Virus record (IMG/VR): IMGVR_UViG_3300033273_000313
Location: 2,025 to 66,024 of that record
Source of the DNA: a virus
Taxonomy: Duplodnaviria; Caudoviricetes
Strand: one strand, 5' to 3'
Length of the DNA: 64,000 nt
A program made the translations under genes and the position numbers. How positions within the stretch are numbered: position 1 is the stretch's first letter; the number at the start of each line of letters is the position of its first letter. Positions 55,425-63,894 of the stretch are shown piece by piece. The notes beneath the pieces are model-generated. The model did no database searches. It saw only the letters and a list, made by a program, of their open reading frames with translations, and was not told where the DNA came from.

Positions 55425-56245
55425 CCAATCATTCTCTCTACCGCTATGCTGGTGGCAAGAATAGGATGAAGAAGGATCTTATCAAGATTATTCGTGATGT
55501 CAACCCTGGCATCGAATATCTTGTGTCTCCCTTCTGGGGTGGTGGCAGCACCGAGATGCTGATCGCCAGTGAGGGAGTCAAGGTCCAAGGGTATGACATT
55601 TTCAGACCCCTGGCAGACTTCTGGGAGATTGTGTGTGGTGAAGGTGGTGCTGCTATCCTTGCCGACATGGCAGAGCAGCACTATCCCTTAGTTGATAGCG
55701 ATCACTACAAAACGTTCCTCCCAGGGTTAGATAGTGAGGATAAGTGGGAGCGAGCACTGTCATTTTACATTGCAATCAAGGGTTCGTACTCAGGTAAGAT
55801 CGGATGTTCTACCGTTCGTAGTAGAGCAGAGTTCAGACTTGTGGGAATTGATAAACTTAGGAATTTTCATGCTCCCAACGTGTCGTTTGCCTATGGCAGT
55901 TGCTTCGACACCATCCCAGCACACCAAAATGACTTCTTATACCTGGACCCACCATATTATGAGACTGTGAGTCATTACTATGGCAAAGATGGTGCCCTAC
56001 ATAAATCATTCGACCACGAGAAGTTCTGTGATGCCTTGAAGCAACATAAAGGTGGGTTTGTGATGTCTTATGACAACAGCGATGCTGTTCGATCACTGTA
56101 TCACGGGTGGACCGAGTTTAGATATCTAACATTCCCTTATCAAATGTCTGGCACTAAGCGTTATGAAAAGACAGAACTAGTTATTGTTAAATACCCTGAG
56201 AAGGTGAAACCAAAGGCAGGAGTATTGGAGGCATTCTTAGCATGA
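55403..56245 (+). CDS. D12-class N6-adenine DNA methyltransferase (Dam-like)
   Basis: YRYAGGK, PFWGGGS (motif I), YLDPPY (motif IV), FDHE.F, MSYDN. Confidence 0.92.
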   Translation: MAPSQKVTNHSLYRYAGGKNRMKKDLIKIIRDVNPGIEYLVSPFWGGGSTEMLIASEGVKVQGYDIFRPLADFWEIVCGEGGAAILADMAEQHYPLVDSDHYKTFLPGLDSEDKWERALSFYIAIKGSYSGKIGCSTVRSRAEFRLVGIDKLRNFHAPNVSFAYGSCFDTIPAHQNDFLYLDPPYYETVSHYYGKDGALHKSFDHEKFCDALKQHKGGFVMSYDNSDAVRSLYHGWTEFRYLTFPYQMSGTKRYEKTELVIVKYPEKVKPKAGVLEAFLA

Positions 56246-56880
56246 ACGTAACCAAGCACACAAAGTATATTTGGCAGATCGATAACTTTCTGCCTGATGA
56301 TGAGATTAATTATTTCCTCAATGCTGTGGGATTCTATAATCCTACACTGAAGGCAGACTTCAGGAATGATAGGAGAGAGAATGACACATATGATCTCACT
56401 GATATTGCTGAGTTAGATGGTATAGCATGGAACTGGGTGAGACAAGCAAATCAATATTATGTCACCAACAATGATTTCATATTCTACAACTGGGAACAAG
56501 ATGTGTTGTTCAGTGACAATACTGTGTGGCGTGGACAAAACATCCTGAGGCAGTATAATGAGACTGACTCATACGATTGGCACGCGGATCAGTCACCAGC
56601 AAACCATGCTGAGTTCTCTTACATCATCTATCTAAATGATGATTTTGATGGTGGTGATACTAGGTTTATGAACCCTAGAGTATCAGTTAAACCTAAGAAA
56701 GGATCTGTACTATGCTTCCCCGTTGATCATTATCACATTCATAAAGCTATGAAAGTAACCAATGGTACTAAGAAGATTCTATGGAACTGTGTGTATCGTA
56801 ATGAGATTAAAGTTGTTGCTGAACAACCATACTTGACAGCAATCAACGCCCCACGATCATCAACGAGGTGTATATGGTAG
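56242..56880 (+). CDS. 2OG-Fe(II) oxygenase (prolyl-4-hydroxylase-like)
   Basis: WHAD, IIYLNDDFDGGDT.F, PKKGSVLCFP...H...V..G.K. Confidence 0.9.
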   Translation: MNVTKHTKYIWQIDNFLPDDEINYFLNAVGFYNPTLKADFRNDRRENDTYDLTDIAELDGIAWNWVRQANQYYVTNNDFIFYNWEQDVLFSDNTVWRGQNILRQYNETDSYDWHADQSPANHAEFSYIIYLNDDFDGGDTRFMNPRVSVKPKKGSVLCFPVDHYHIHKAMKVTNGTKKILWNCVYRNEIKVVAEQPYLTAINAPRSSTRCIW

Positions 56881-57104
56881 AGTCATACTATCTAACGTTA
56901 TTCACGTTAACAGCGGTCATTGTAGCACTCATGGCAATGGATGCTAATGTAGCAGCATGGATTGATCTACAGTTCCGCTGGTTTGTAGTACGACTCAAAC
57001 GACGATGGTATATTATTACTATTGGTACAATGGTTAAGTTTCAAACATGGAAAATGAAACGAGAGTTCAAACGTATTAGACGAGAGCACGGATTAGATGA
57101 CTGA
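56874..57104 (+). CDS. small membrane protein
   Basis: N-terminal TM helix and basic C-terminus; overlap-coupled to neighbours. Confidence 0.65.
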   Translation: MVESYYLTLFTLTAVIVALMAMDANVAAWIDLQFRWFVVRLKRRWYIITIGTMVKFQTWKMKREFKRIRREHGLDD

Positions 57105-57639
57105 CTTACTACATTATGCTGAGGTTGAGAACATCTTCACACCAGAACAGTGTGAGGAATACATCAGGATACTCAACCAATGTCATTGGAAAGGACACAC
57201 ATGGTATCAGAATGCTGAGAGCAAGTTTCATGAAATAAAAGATTTTGATGTCACATATGATGCTGAAGTACAGAGCAAGATGAGAAAACCAGTGATGGAA
57301 ATGCTTGCCAGATATTATGTCAAGCATCGTCCTGGTGGTGATGTTGACTGTGAGTTCTCTGGTGTACGCTTCAACAAATATAATGAAGGACAATCTATCC
57401 GTAAGCATGTAGACCATATTCATAGTCTATTTGATGGTAAAAAGCGTGGTATTCCAGTCATTAGTTTCGTTGGTGTGTTCAATGATGACTACGAGGGTGG
57501 TGATTTTATTCTATGTGGTGAGAAGATGGAACTAAAACAGGGAGATTGTATTATATTTCCCTCTGTCTTCATGTATGAGCATGAAGTGACCACTGTTACG
57601 AAAGGCACACGATACTCATGGGTCTTATGGTCATGGTGA
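57097..57639 (+). CDS. 2OG-Fe(II) oxygenase
   Basis: HVD, NDDYEGGDF, IIFPS.FMY.HEV..VTKGTRYS. Confidence 0.9.
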   Translation: MTDLLHYAEVENIFTPEQCEEYIRILNQCHWKGHTWYQNAESKFHEIKDFDVTYDAEVQSKMRKPVMEMLARYYVKHRPGGDVDCEFSGVRFNKYNEGQSIRKHVDHIHSLFDGKKRGIPVISFVGVFNDDYEGGDFILCGEKMELKQGDCIIFPSVFMYEHEVTTVTKGTRYSWVLWSW

Positions 57640-57675
57640 TTAGATATGGTATACTACAAGAGTTCGGAGATTAAA

Positions 57676-57945
57676 ATGACTATTGAAGGACGACCTGAAT
57701 TTCAAGGGTCAAATGAGTATTGGAAGGCAGAGTATGCCCAGCAACGTAGAGACAGGATGCAAGATGCCATCGATGATTATCTTCAAGACGAAGATGTAAC
57801 AGCACGACGAGCATACGAGGAAATGCTGTTTTGTGTCAATGATGTCATCAAGTATCATAAAAACAATCTTAAGAAAGCTGAAGAATTGAGGGATCTGATG
57901 TTAGGATATCGAAACATCGACCTAAATCTTCCAGAGAGGTATTAA
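57676..57945 (+). CDS. hypothetical protein
   Basis: GGAG RBS before ATG 57676. Confidence 0.7.
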   Translation: MTIEGRPEFQGSNEYWKAEYAQQRRDRMQDAIDDYLQDEDVTARRAYEEMLFCVNDVIKYHKNNLKKAEELRDLMLGYRNIDLNLPERY

Positions 57946-57949
57946 ACTA

Positions 57950-58150
57950 ATGTTTGAATTCGAGTCCCTGCCCGATGGATTAAAAGAAGCACTAGCAGAA
58001 GATTGTGAAGATTATCTCAATCACCGACACATTCCACTCCATTCACACTCGTATGATAAAATTATTATCCAGGCTCTCCGTGAAGGATACCAAATGTCTG
58101 GATTTGACCGTGGACCCTACTCATCTATTAAAAATGCCTCGCTCGATTGA
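57950..58150 (+). CDS. hypothetical protein
   Basis: 66-aa ORF in tandem operon. Confidence 0.6.
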   Translation: MFEFESLPDGLKEALAEDCEDYLNHRHIPLHSHSYDKIIIQALREGYQMSGFDRGPYSSIKNASLD

Positions 58151-58313
58151 TCTCACACTAGACGAAAACGAACTGAAGTTCCTCATCAATTTGATGTGGT
58201 CTACAGATACACATAAGACTAAGACTATGGCAGACCAGCACGACATTATAGACGAGGCGCTCGAAGGACGGTTGGTCAAGTGTCTAGGTTACTGTGCCCT
58301 ACAGGATGACTGA
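58134..58313 (+). CDS. hypothetical protein
   Basis: MPRSIDLTLDENELKFL...; overlaps the previous gene. Confidence 0.55.
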   Translation: MPRSIDLTLDENELKFLINLMWSTDTHKTKTMADQHDIIDEALEGRLVKCLGYCALQDD

Positions 58314-58396
58314 CCTGCTACAATGTAGATTGTTAAGCAAAGACAAATTCAAGAAAATAACTATACTAAGTAGTATGGTTGTATTTCGACAGACCT

Positions 58397-58540
58397 ATGA
58401 CAGATTCTGAAAAGGCAATGGTTGATGAAATGAGTGAGCTTATCAAGGATCAAAACGAAAGGATCCGTGGATATGAAACGTATATTGAAGAGTTACAACG
58501 ACAGATGGCAGACATGACCAACAGAGTGTATGATTGTTAA
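58397..58540 (+). CDS. small coiled-coil protein (47 aa)
   Basis: Read manually: MTDSEKAMVDEMSELIKDQNERIRGYETYIEELQRQMADMTNRVYDC*. Confidence 0.55.
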   Translation: MTDSEKAMVDEMSELIKDQNERIRGYETYIEELQRQMADMTNRVYDC

Positions 58541-58576
58541 TGAACACCCCGCTTGAGTTTTATTATGGTTGCTCCA

Positions 58577-58810
58577 ATGCCTGAAACAGTTCAACACACC
58601 GAGGAAACCGAAATGTATCCCGTAGGCACGGAAGTAATCTACAAAGGAGAGAGAGGCACAGTCAAGTTTTGTGACCCAGCAACAGGTACGTGTAGTATCT
58701 GTGTTAGAGTATTCCCTGACGATCCAGCACGTAATGTGTGCTTGATTGTCTACAAGCATGACCTAGATCATGTGACCCCTGTTATTGGAAACCACTCCCG
58801 AGGTAATTGA
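58577..58810 (+). CDS. small SH3-like hypothetical protein
   Basis: YPVGTEVIYKGERGTVKF pattern. Confidence 0.65.
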   Translation: MPETVQHTEETEMYPVGTEVIYKGERGTVKFCDPATGTCSICVRVFPDDPARNVCLIVYKHDLDHVTPVIGNHSRGN

Positions 58811-58965
58811 TGAAGTACGCTGTTGTGTACATGAAACAAAAGAAGAAGAAACTTGTTATGGAGCAAGCAGTGTTCTATAATCTTGAAGACGCTGCCATGT
58901 GGGAGCAGCACATCAACAAAACCCAACACCTTAAGACTGAAATTATTCCTGTATTTGAAGCATGA
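58810..58965 (+). CDS. small hypothetical protein (51 aa)
   Basis: TGATG-coupled; MKYAVVYMKQKKKK... Confidence 0.6.
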   Translation: MKYAVVYMKQKKKKLVMEQAVFYNLEDAAMWEQHINKTQHLKTEIIPVFEA

Positions 58966-59090
58966 ACGAATTTGAAGGCGACATCTTTGGCGATTATCAA
59001 CTCCGAGAGAGTATTATTCGAGAAATTAGTGAACAAGAATTGTGGGAGACGCCTGAGACCCTACCAGAAGACCTTCTAGAGGACTTCTGA
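58962..59090 (+). CDS. small acidic protein (42 aa)
   Basis: ATGA overlap; MNEFEGDIFGDYQLRES... Confidence 0.55.
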   Translation: MNEFEGDIFGDYQLRESIIREISEQELWETPETLPEDLLEDF

Positions 59091-59188
59091 GGCAACCACC
59101 ATACGAAGTGTCACACAACCCCTCAGGACGCCCTCCTGGGGGGTTATACTATATTCATACCAAACGAGGCAACCATGGGCTGCTGATT

Positions 59189-59338
59189 ATGTTTACTAAA
59201 GAAGATCACGAATTCATTGACATGCTGTTCAGCAAACTTACGTGTCTCAAGACCATGGATGTTGACATGATCGACCTCCATGATGACGATGCTGCTGGTG
59301 CTGACGCTATCGAGTGGACAAAACTAGAACTGTCATGA
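59189..59338 (+). CDS. small acidic protein
   Basis: MFTKEDHEFIDMLF...; follows a promoter (TATACT at 59145). Confidence 0.55.
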   Translation: MFTKEDHEFIDMLFSKLTCLKTMDVDMIDLHDDDAAGADAIEWTKLELS

Positions 59339-59394
59339 TCTCCCTCCCCAACCCCACCAAGACCCTTTATACTGAACTCAGTTCAGACAACGAC

Positions 59395-59796
59395 ATGACC
59401 ACCGCTTCCTTCGCTGACTACGTGGCAACTCAAGACGCTCGTAACCAGATCCAACTCAACGTCCGCAAATACACTCTCATGCTCTGTGACGCCCTGGAGC
59501 AGAACTTCAAGGATCGTAACCACGGCAAGATTGGTCGTTATGATGCTCCTGTCTACAAGTTCGTAATCGAGTCTGGTCGTAAGTACCACAAGATCATCAT
59601 GGAGGTTCCCAACCACAATCGTCCTCCCTCTCGTAGCGTCCACGCTTTCGTGGACAAGAAGACTGGTGAAGTTTACAAACCAGCATCTTTCAAAGCACCT
59701 GCTAAGGGTGTTCGTTTCAACCTGCTCGTTATCAAAGAACGTGAATGGTTGCTCCAGCACGCTGACTGGGCAGGTGGTTACCTCTACAAGCGTTGA
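59395..59796 (+). CDS. conserved cyanophage early protein
   Basis: GRKYHKI...SVHAFVDKKTGEVYKPASFKAPAKGVRFNL...ADWAGGYLY. Confidence 0.85.
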   Translation: MTTASFADYVATQDARNQIQLNVRKYTLMLCDALEQNFKDRNHGKIGRYDAPVYKFVIESGRKYHKIIMEVPNHNRPPSRSVHAFVDKKTGEVYKPASFKAPAKGVRFNLLVIKEREWLLQHADWAGGYLYKR

Positions 59797-59798
59797 GG

Positions 59799-59827
59799 TT
59801 GACAGCAGACGCTTTGTCTGCTAAATT
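59799..59827 (+). promoter_or_regulatory. sigma70-type promoter with hairpin spacer
   Basis: TTGACA-17 nt (GCAGAC-gcttt-GTCTGC)-TAAATT. Confidence 0.55.
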
Positions 59828-59858
59828 ATTATAGTACACAAATTCTTCTTTCAAAGCA

Positions 59859-60080
59859 ATGGACTCCGAACTGATGTATGTTGTCGTCAATGGTGAAGCC
59901 ATTATGATGGAACATGGTCAACTTGTTACGTATCTCGTTGACGAAGACGATGGTACTATTGACTGGACTAGTCAAGACACTGTAGATTGGGAAGATATGC
60001 TGCCCAATGAGTACAAAATGTACAAAGCAGCAGTTGACTTCATCCAGACGTACACCTTTGACAATGTTTACACCAAATGA
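59859..60080 (+). CDS. small acidic hypothetical protein
   Basis: 73-aa ORF; ATGA-coupled to the next gene. Confidence 0.65.
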   Translation: MDSELMYVVVNGEAIMMEHGQLVTYLVDEDDGTIDWTSQDTVDWEDMLPNEYKMYKAAVDFIQTYTFDNVYTK

Positions 60081-60304
60081 AGAAGTTATCTTACATTTCT
60101 GATCTGTTCGCTCCCATCGATTATGATGCCACACCAGTACGTGTTTGCCCACGTGCTGATCTTGAACCCGAACAAGTAAATAAGTTCTGGAGATACCACG
60201 GTCGCTTCCCAAATGACTTCGCCCGTGCTATTGTAGAGATCCTGCCAGAGGGTAAGACCTTTGTCAGTTACGATCACCTTGCTAACTCGCTTGTAATCAA
60301 ATGA
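60077..60304 (+). CDS. hypothetical protein
   Basis: ATGA overlaps at both ends. Confidence 0.7.
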   Translation: MKKLSYISDLFAPIDYDATPVRVCPRADLEPEQVNKFWRYHGRFPNDFARAIVEILPEGKTFVSYDHLANSLVIK

Positions 60305-60525
60305 ATCCACTTCAACAAGAGCAACAGTCTGTGTCCTACCAAGTTGACACCATCATGGCAAATCGTAATCGCCGCTTCAAGTGGTTGATGAAGAAAGATC
60401 GTGTTCAAGATGCTATCGCTGTTGGTGAGGAGTTCATGGAGTGGATGATGCTCGACCAAGATGATTGTGATGAGGAAATCCTGTATTTCCGTATTGATGA
60501 TATTGATGATTTCTTGGAAGCATGA
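60301..60525 (+). CDS. hypothetical protein
   Basis: ATGA overlaps at both ends. Confidence 0.7.
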   Translation: MNPLQQEQQSVSYQVDTIMANRNRRFKWLMKKDRVQDAIAVGEEFMEWMMLDQDDCDEEILYFRIDDIDDFLEA

Positions 60526-61136
60526 AGAAGCATCAAACTATCATTGAACCCAAGTCATGGGCAATCTATGATTCACAACTCCCCACGGAGTTGTGTGATG
60601 CTATCATCAATCACTTTGCTGATCTTAATCAAGAAGTAGGGACAGCACATGCTCATAAAGGACATCGTAGGTGTGGTTTGACGTGGACCAATCCAGACAC
60701 CTGGATTGGTCCATTTTTGTGGAAGTATATACAACAGACTAATGATCGTGTGTTTCAGTATGACATTACTGACACACATATGACTGAGATACATCAACTT
60801 GAGTATCGCCCTGGTCATTACTATCATTGGCACGTTGATGATAATATCAGTAACATGATTCAGTATGCTCCGCCACCATTTGGAGTGGCTAGGCAGAACA
60901 TCACGGAGTATGTACGGAAACTATCATTCTCACTACAACTTACTGATCCTAGTGAGTATACTGGTGGTGATGTACAAATCATTGATGATACAGGTGGCAG
61001 AGGTATGCTCACTATTCCAAAGGAACGTGGCACTCTGTGTATATTTGACTCTAGAACAAGACATAGAGTTAAACCAGTCAAGACAGGCAAACGATTTGTG
61101 TTGGTTGGTTGGGTATTAGGACCACGTTGGAAGTAA
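60522..61136 (+). CDS. 2OG-Fe(II) oxygenase
   Basis: YHWHVD, RKLSFSLQL...YTGGD, FDSRTRHRVKPVKTGKR..LVGW..GP. Confidence 0.92.
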   Translation: MKKHQTIIEPKSWAIYDSQLPTELCDAIINHFADLNQEVGTAHAHKGHRRCGLTWTNPDTWIGPFLWKYIQQTNDRVFQYDITDTHMTEIHQLEYRPGHYYHWHVDDNISNMIQYAPPPFGVARQNITEYVRKLSFSLQLTDPSEYTGGDVQIIDDTGGRGMLTIPKERGTLCIFDSRTRHRVKPVKTGKRFVLVGWVLGPRWK

Positions 61137-61139
61137 CCT

Positions 61140-61817
61140 ATGAAAAACTATGTAATTGGATTGCTCACTGCTCTATCACTGGGCACAGCACATGTAGCAC
61201 TCGCTAATGAGGATAAGATCACCAAAGGTTTCTATAGTATGGATGCCATGGGATGTATGTTACTCCGTGAGTGTACAGATGGTGTGGATGAAGTATTCTC
61301 TCTGCTTGACATCTCCTCAGAATATGATGACCCAGAGCGTTACACACCAGTAGCACTGGAGTTTAATCGTATGCTGGCAGCAATGAATGCTGTTGGTAGC
61401 AAAGTGTTCCTTGCTGATGAGAAGTATTTCCCCAAGAATCACCGTGGTGTGTACCACACTGTGAGTAACAACATCTATCTCAACAGGAGACACATGGATC
61501 AACCTCATTATCTAATGAGTGTAATGAGACATGAAGGATGGCATGCAGCACAGGATTGTATGGCAGGTAGTATTAAAAACTCACTCATTGCTATCATACA
61601 TAATGAGGAGGATGTTCCTATGATCTGGCGTACACTAGCAGAGCGTACATATCCAGCGAGTGCTGTACCTTGGGAAGCAGAAGCAGGGTGGGCAGGTAGA
61701 ACTGAAGGCATGACAATGAAAGCACTAGAATCATGTGCTCGTGGCACAATGTGGACAGATTATGAATTGACACCACTCACACGTAAATGGTTAGTTGAAG
61801 AGGGTTATATTGACTGA
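61140..61817 (+). CDS. exported HExxH metallopeptidase-like protein
   Basis: Signal-like N-terminus (…AHVALA); RHEGWHAAQ followed by downstream E(AEA). Confidence 0.75.
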   Translation: MKNYVIGLLTALSLGTAHVALANEDKITKGFYSMDAMGCMLLRECTDGVDEVFSLLDISSEYDDPERYTPVALEFNRMLAAMNAVGSKVFLADEKYFPKNHRGVYHTVSNNIYLNRRHMDQPHYLMSVMRHEGWHAAQDCMAGSIKNSLIAIIHNEEDVPMIWRTLAERTYPASAVPWEAEAGWAGRTEGMTMKALESCARGTMWTDYELTPLTRKWLVEEGYID

Positions 61818-62149
61818 TGTACTACGATACTGTTCACTGCTCCTATGATCTAGGACCTGGATTCTGGGGACACAACTTACATACAAAAGAACTATCTCAG
61901 ACATGTGGGTGCTATTGGATCAGTCCAGCAGGTGAATTGTTTGAAGTAGATTACACTGGTACACAGGTATTCACTGATAATGAGCGTAAGCCTTACGCTC
62001 CCAGTGGAGTACATGGTAGAGTAACACCTGTAGATATTACTACTACCATTAGGTTACAACCTGCCAAATGGGATGCTTATTATGCCAAGTGTCCCATCTG
62101 CCATGTTATACTATATAATGGCAAGATTGCTCAACACTCCATCAAATGA
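61817..62149 (+). CDS. hypothetical protein
   Basis: TGATG-coupled; YWISPAGELF motif. Confidence 0.7.
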   Translation: MYYDTVHCSYDLGPGFWGHNLHTKELSQTCGCYWISPAGELFEVDYTGTQVFTDNERKPYAPSGVHGRVTPVDITTTIRLQPAKWDAYYAKCPICHVILYNGKIAQHSIK

Positions 62150-62155
62150 TATCAA

Positions 62156-62506
62156 ATGATTAATGTCACCCAGAAAAGCGAAAGAGAGTTTATCATCGAG
62201 TGGGATCCAAAAGACCCTCAAGAAAGCATCTTCAACTCGTTCACGGAGCAAGACTTCATCGACCTCCTCAAGTACCAGGCGGAAAGGGAGCTCAACCGTC
62301 TCAAAGACGGCAGCAGCACTGAAGAAGAACACGGAGAAACTTACTACAACTCCGAAAGCGAAGGCAAAGAGTACAAAGACTTCGACGAAAAGTACGAAGA
62401 GCACATCCACTCGACCTACGAAGACTACAAAGCGAGCTACTTCTACTCGCCAGAAGAGTACGGCACGTGGGACATCTACCACAAAGACAACACCGAAGCG
62501 CCGTAA
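62156..62506 (+). CDS. acidic hypothetical protein (overlaps 62163-62699 in another frame)
   Basis: Globular-looking N-terminus (FIIEWDPKDPQESIFNSFTEQDFIDLL) and Glu/Tyr-rich tail. Confidence 0.55.
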   Translation: MINVTQKSEREFIIEWDPKDPQESIFNSFTEQDFIDLLKYQAERELNRLKDGSSTEEEHGETYYNSESEGKEYKDFDEKYEEHIHSTYEDYKASYFYSPEEYGTWDIYHKDNTEAP

Positions 62507-62699
62507 AGATGCGGAAGTTTCCGTAACTAACTCCCGTAAGTTAGAATTGTTTCCGTGGGTGGGTACATTCCCATACTATCTTGAGGACAAAACAGAGAAC
62601 AAAAAGTGTTGGTTTACCTGTGAAGAACATGCCACAAAGTACATTGAACGATACAAACCCAAGTACAAGTTGTATTGTTACACTGGAGGAGGACGGTGA
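62163..62699 (+). CDS. Lys/Thr/Ser-rich histone-H1-like protein with a small C-terminal domain
   Basis: Highly basic low-complexity N-terminus; FPYYLEDK..KKCWFTCEEHA.KYI.RY C-terminal domain. Confidence 0.6.
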   Translation: MSPRKAKESLSSSGIQKTLKKASSTRSRSKTSSTSSSTRRKGSSTVSKTAAALKKNTEKLTTTPKAKAKSTKTSTKSTKSTSTRPTKTTKRATSTRQKSTARGTSTTKTTPKRRKDAEVSVTNSRKLELFPWVGTFPYYLEDKTENKKCWFTCEEHATKYIERYKPKYKLYCYTGGGR

Positions 62700-62979
62700 C
62701 GATCTTATCATGCCCATTCCTGAAGAAATTATTAAGAAACTAGGATGGAATGAGGGTGATGAGTTACAATGGAGTGTAAATAACTCAGTTATCAAACTGG
62801 AGAAGTGTATGTCTGATGCCGAACGTTGGAATAGGGGACTGGATTTGTTCATCGAGAGTGTACACAAACCAGATCCTGATCTTCGTAAGTGTGCTCACAA
62901 TCAAGAATGCTACCATGAACTGATGTGGGTACGAGATAACGTGTTAGAATATCTGAAGACGCTCCGCTGGAACGAATGA
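62629..62979 (+). CDS. AbrB/MazE-like DNA-binding domain fused to a small helical domain
   Basis: DLIMPIPEEIIKKLGWNEGDELQW is an AbrB-type pattern; internal Met (MSDAERWNRGLDLF) may be a second start. Confidence 0.65.
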   Translation: MPQSTLNDTNPSTSCIVTLEEDGDDLIMPIPEEIIKKLGWNEGDELQWSVNNSVIKLEKCMSDAERWNRGLDLFIESVHKPDPDLRKCAHNQECYHELMWVRDNVLEYLKTLRWNE

Positions 62980-63018
62980 CTTACGAAGAACAACTTGACA
63001 ACCTTGCTTCATTGATCA

Positions 63019-63231
63019 ATGGACGATGGTATAGAACAGAAACACTCGACTATAGAGGAAGACGAACAGAAAAGTTCATCATCGAGCGAGACATCACTGA
63101 AGAACCCGATAGTTCCGATCCTGATGTTTCTGGGAGTGATAGCAGCAACGCTTAGTGTTATCGTTGCTGGTTACTTCCACGGACACATGTCCATCAAAGC
63201 AGTGTACCATTCATTAACAGCATTTGTATGA
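63019..63231 (+). CDS. small membrane protein
   Basis: C-terminal TM helix; ATGA overlap with the next gene. Confidence 0.6.
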   Translation: MDDGIEQKHSTIEEDEQKSSSSSETSLKNPIVPILMFLGVIAATLSVIVAGYFHGHMSIKAVYHSLTAFV

Positions 63232-63722
63232 AAGAGTTTGATTATGAACTGGATTACAAACAACTTGACTTCACAGATCCAAGCACTCGTAAATTTTATC
63301 GTATTGGAAGGGGAGAACAAGGTGTTTTATTGGTACGCCCTTATACAGACATTATTTGTGCTCATTGGCGATTTAGAACCCCTGACATAGCATTACAATC
63401 TGCCACACAGATCTATGCTATGTTCACACGATACATGGACCAAGAAGATTTTATTGGTATGGATATGTGTCGTAAGTTCCTTGAGATGGGGTTCACAAGG
63501 TCTAGAAGGTATGCTAACCACTCTTCAGGTAGGAAGTATGCCACTAAACCTCCCTACTACCATACAGGCGATCGTGGAGGGGCACCAGTGTTACCACAAG
63601 AATCAGATTGTTTGACTAATGAGAAGGCACAATGTGCTAAGATCTTTAAAACTTATCGTGATAGGGCTGCCAAACACCCAATCTATGTTACAATGAGGAA
63701 AACATGGAGATCCAATGAATAA
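63228..63722 (+). CDS. DUF4385-family protein
   Basis: YRIGRGEQGVLLVRPY...WRFRTP...DMCRKFLEMGFTRSRRYANH. Confidence 0.88.
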   Translation: MKEFDYELDYKQLDFTDPSTRKFYRIGRGEQGVLLVRPYTDIICAHWRFRTPDIALQSATQIYAMFTRYMDQEDFIGMDMCRKFLEMGFTRSRRYANHSSGRKYATKPPYYHTGDRGGAPVLPQESDCLTNEKAQCAKIFKTYRDRAAKHPIYVTMRKTWRSNE

Positions 63723-63894
63723 CAACTACGATCGTGATGAGACCCGCTCACACATCTCATTAGATGAACAAATTGAGATTGATACTGAACTCAATAAGAT
63801 TCACAGACAGTATGATGAGCTCATCGAGAAAGTATACCTGATGGGGTACACCAAAGGTCTCATACATAAACAAAACACACCACAATTCCCATGA
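63715..63894 (+). CDS. small hypothetical protein (59 aa)
   Basis: Read manually; overlaps both neighbours. Confidence 0.5.
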   Translation: MNNNYDRDETRSHISLDEQIEIDTELNKIHRQYDELIEKVYLMGYTKGLIHKQNTPQFP

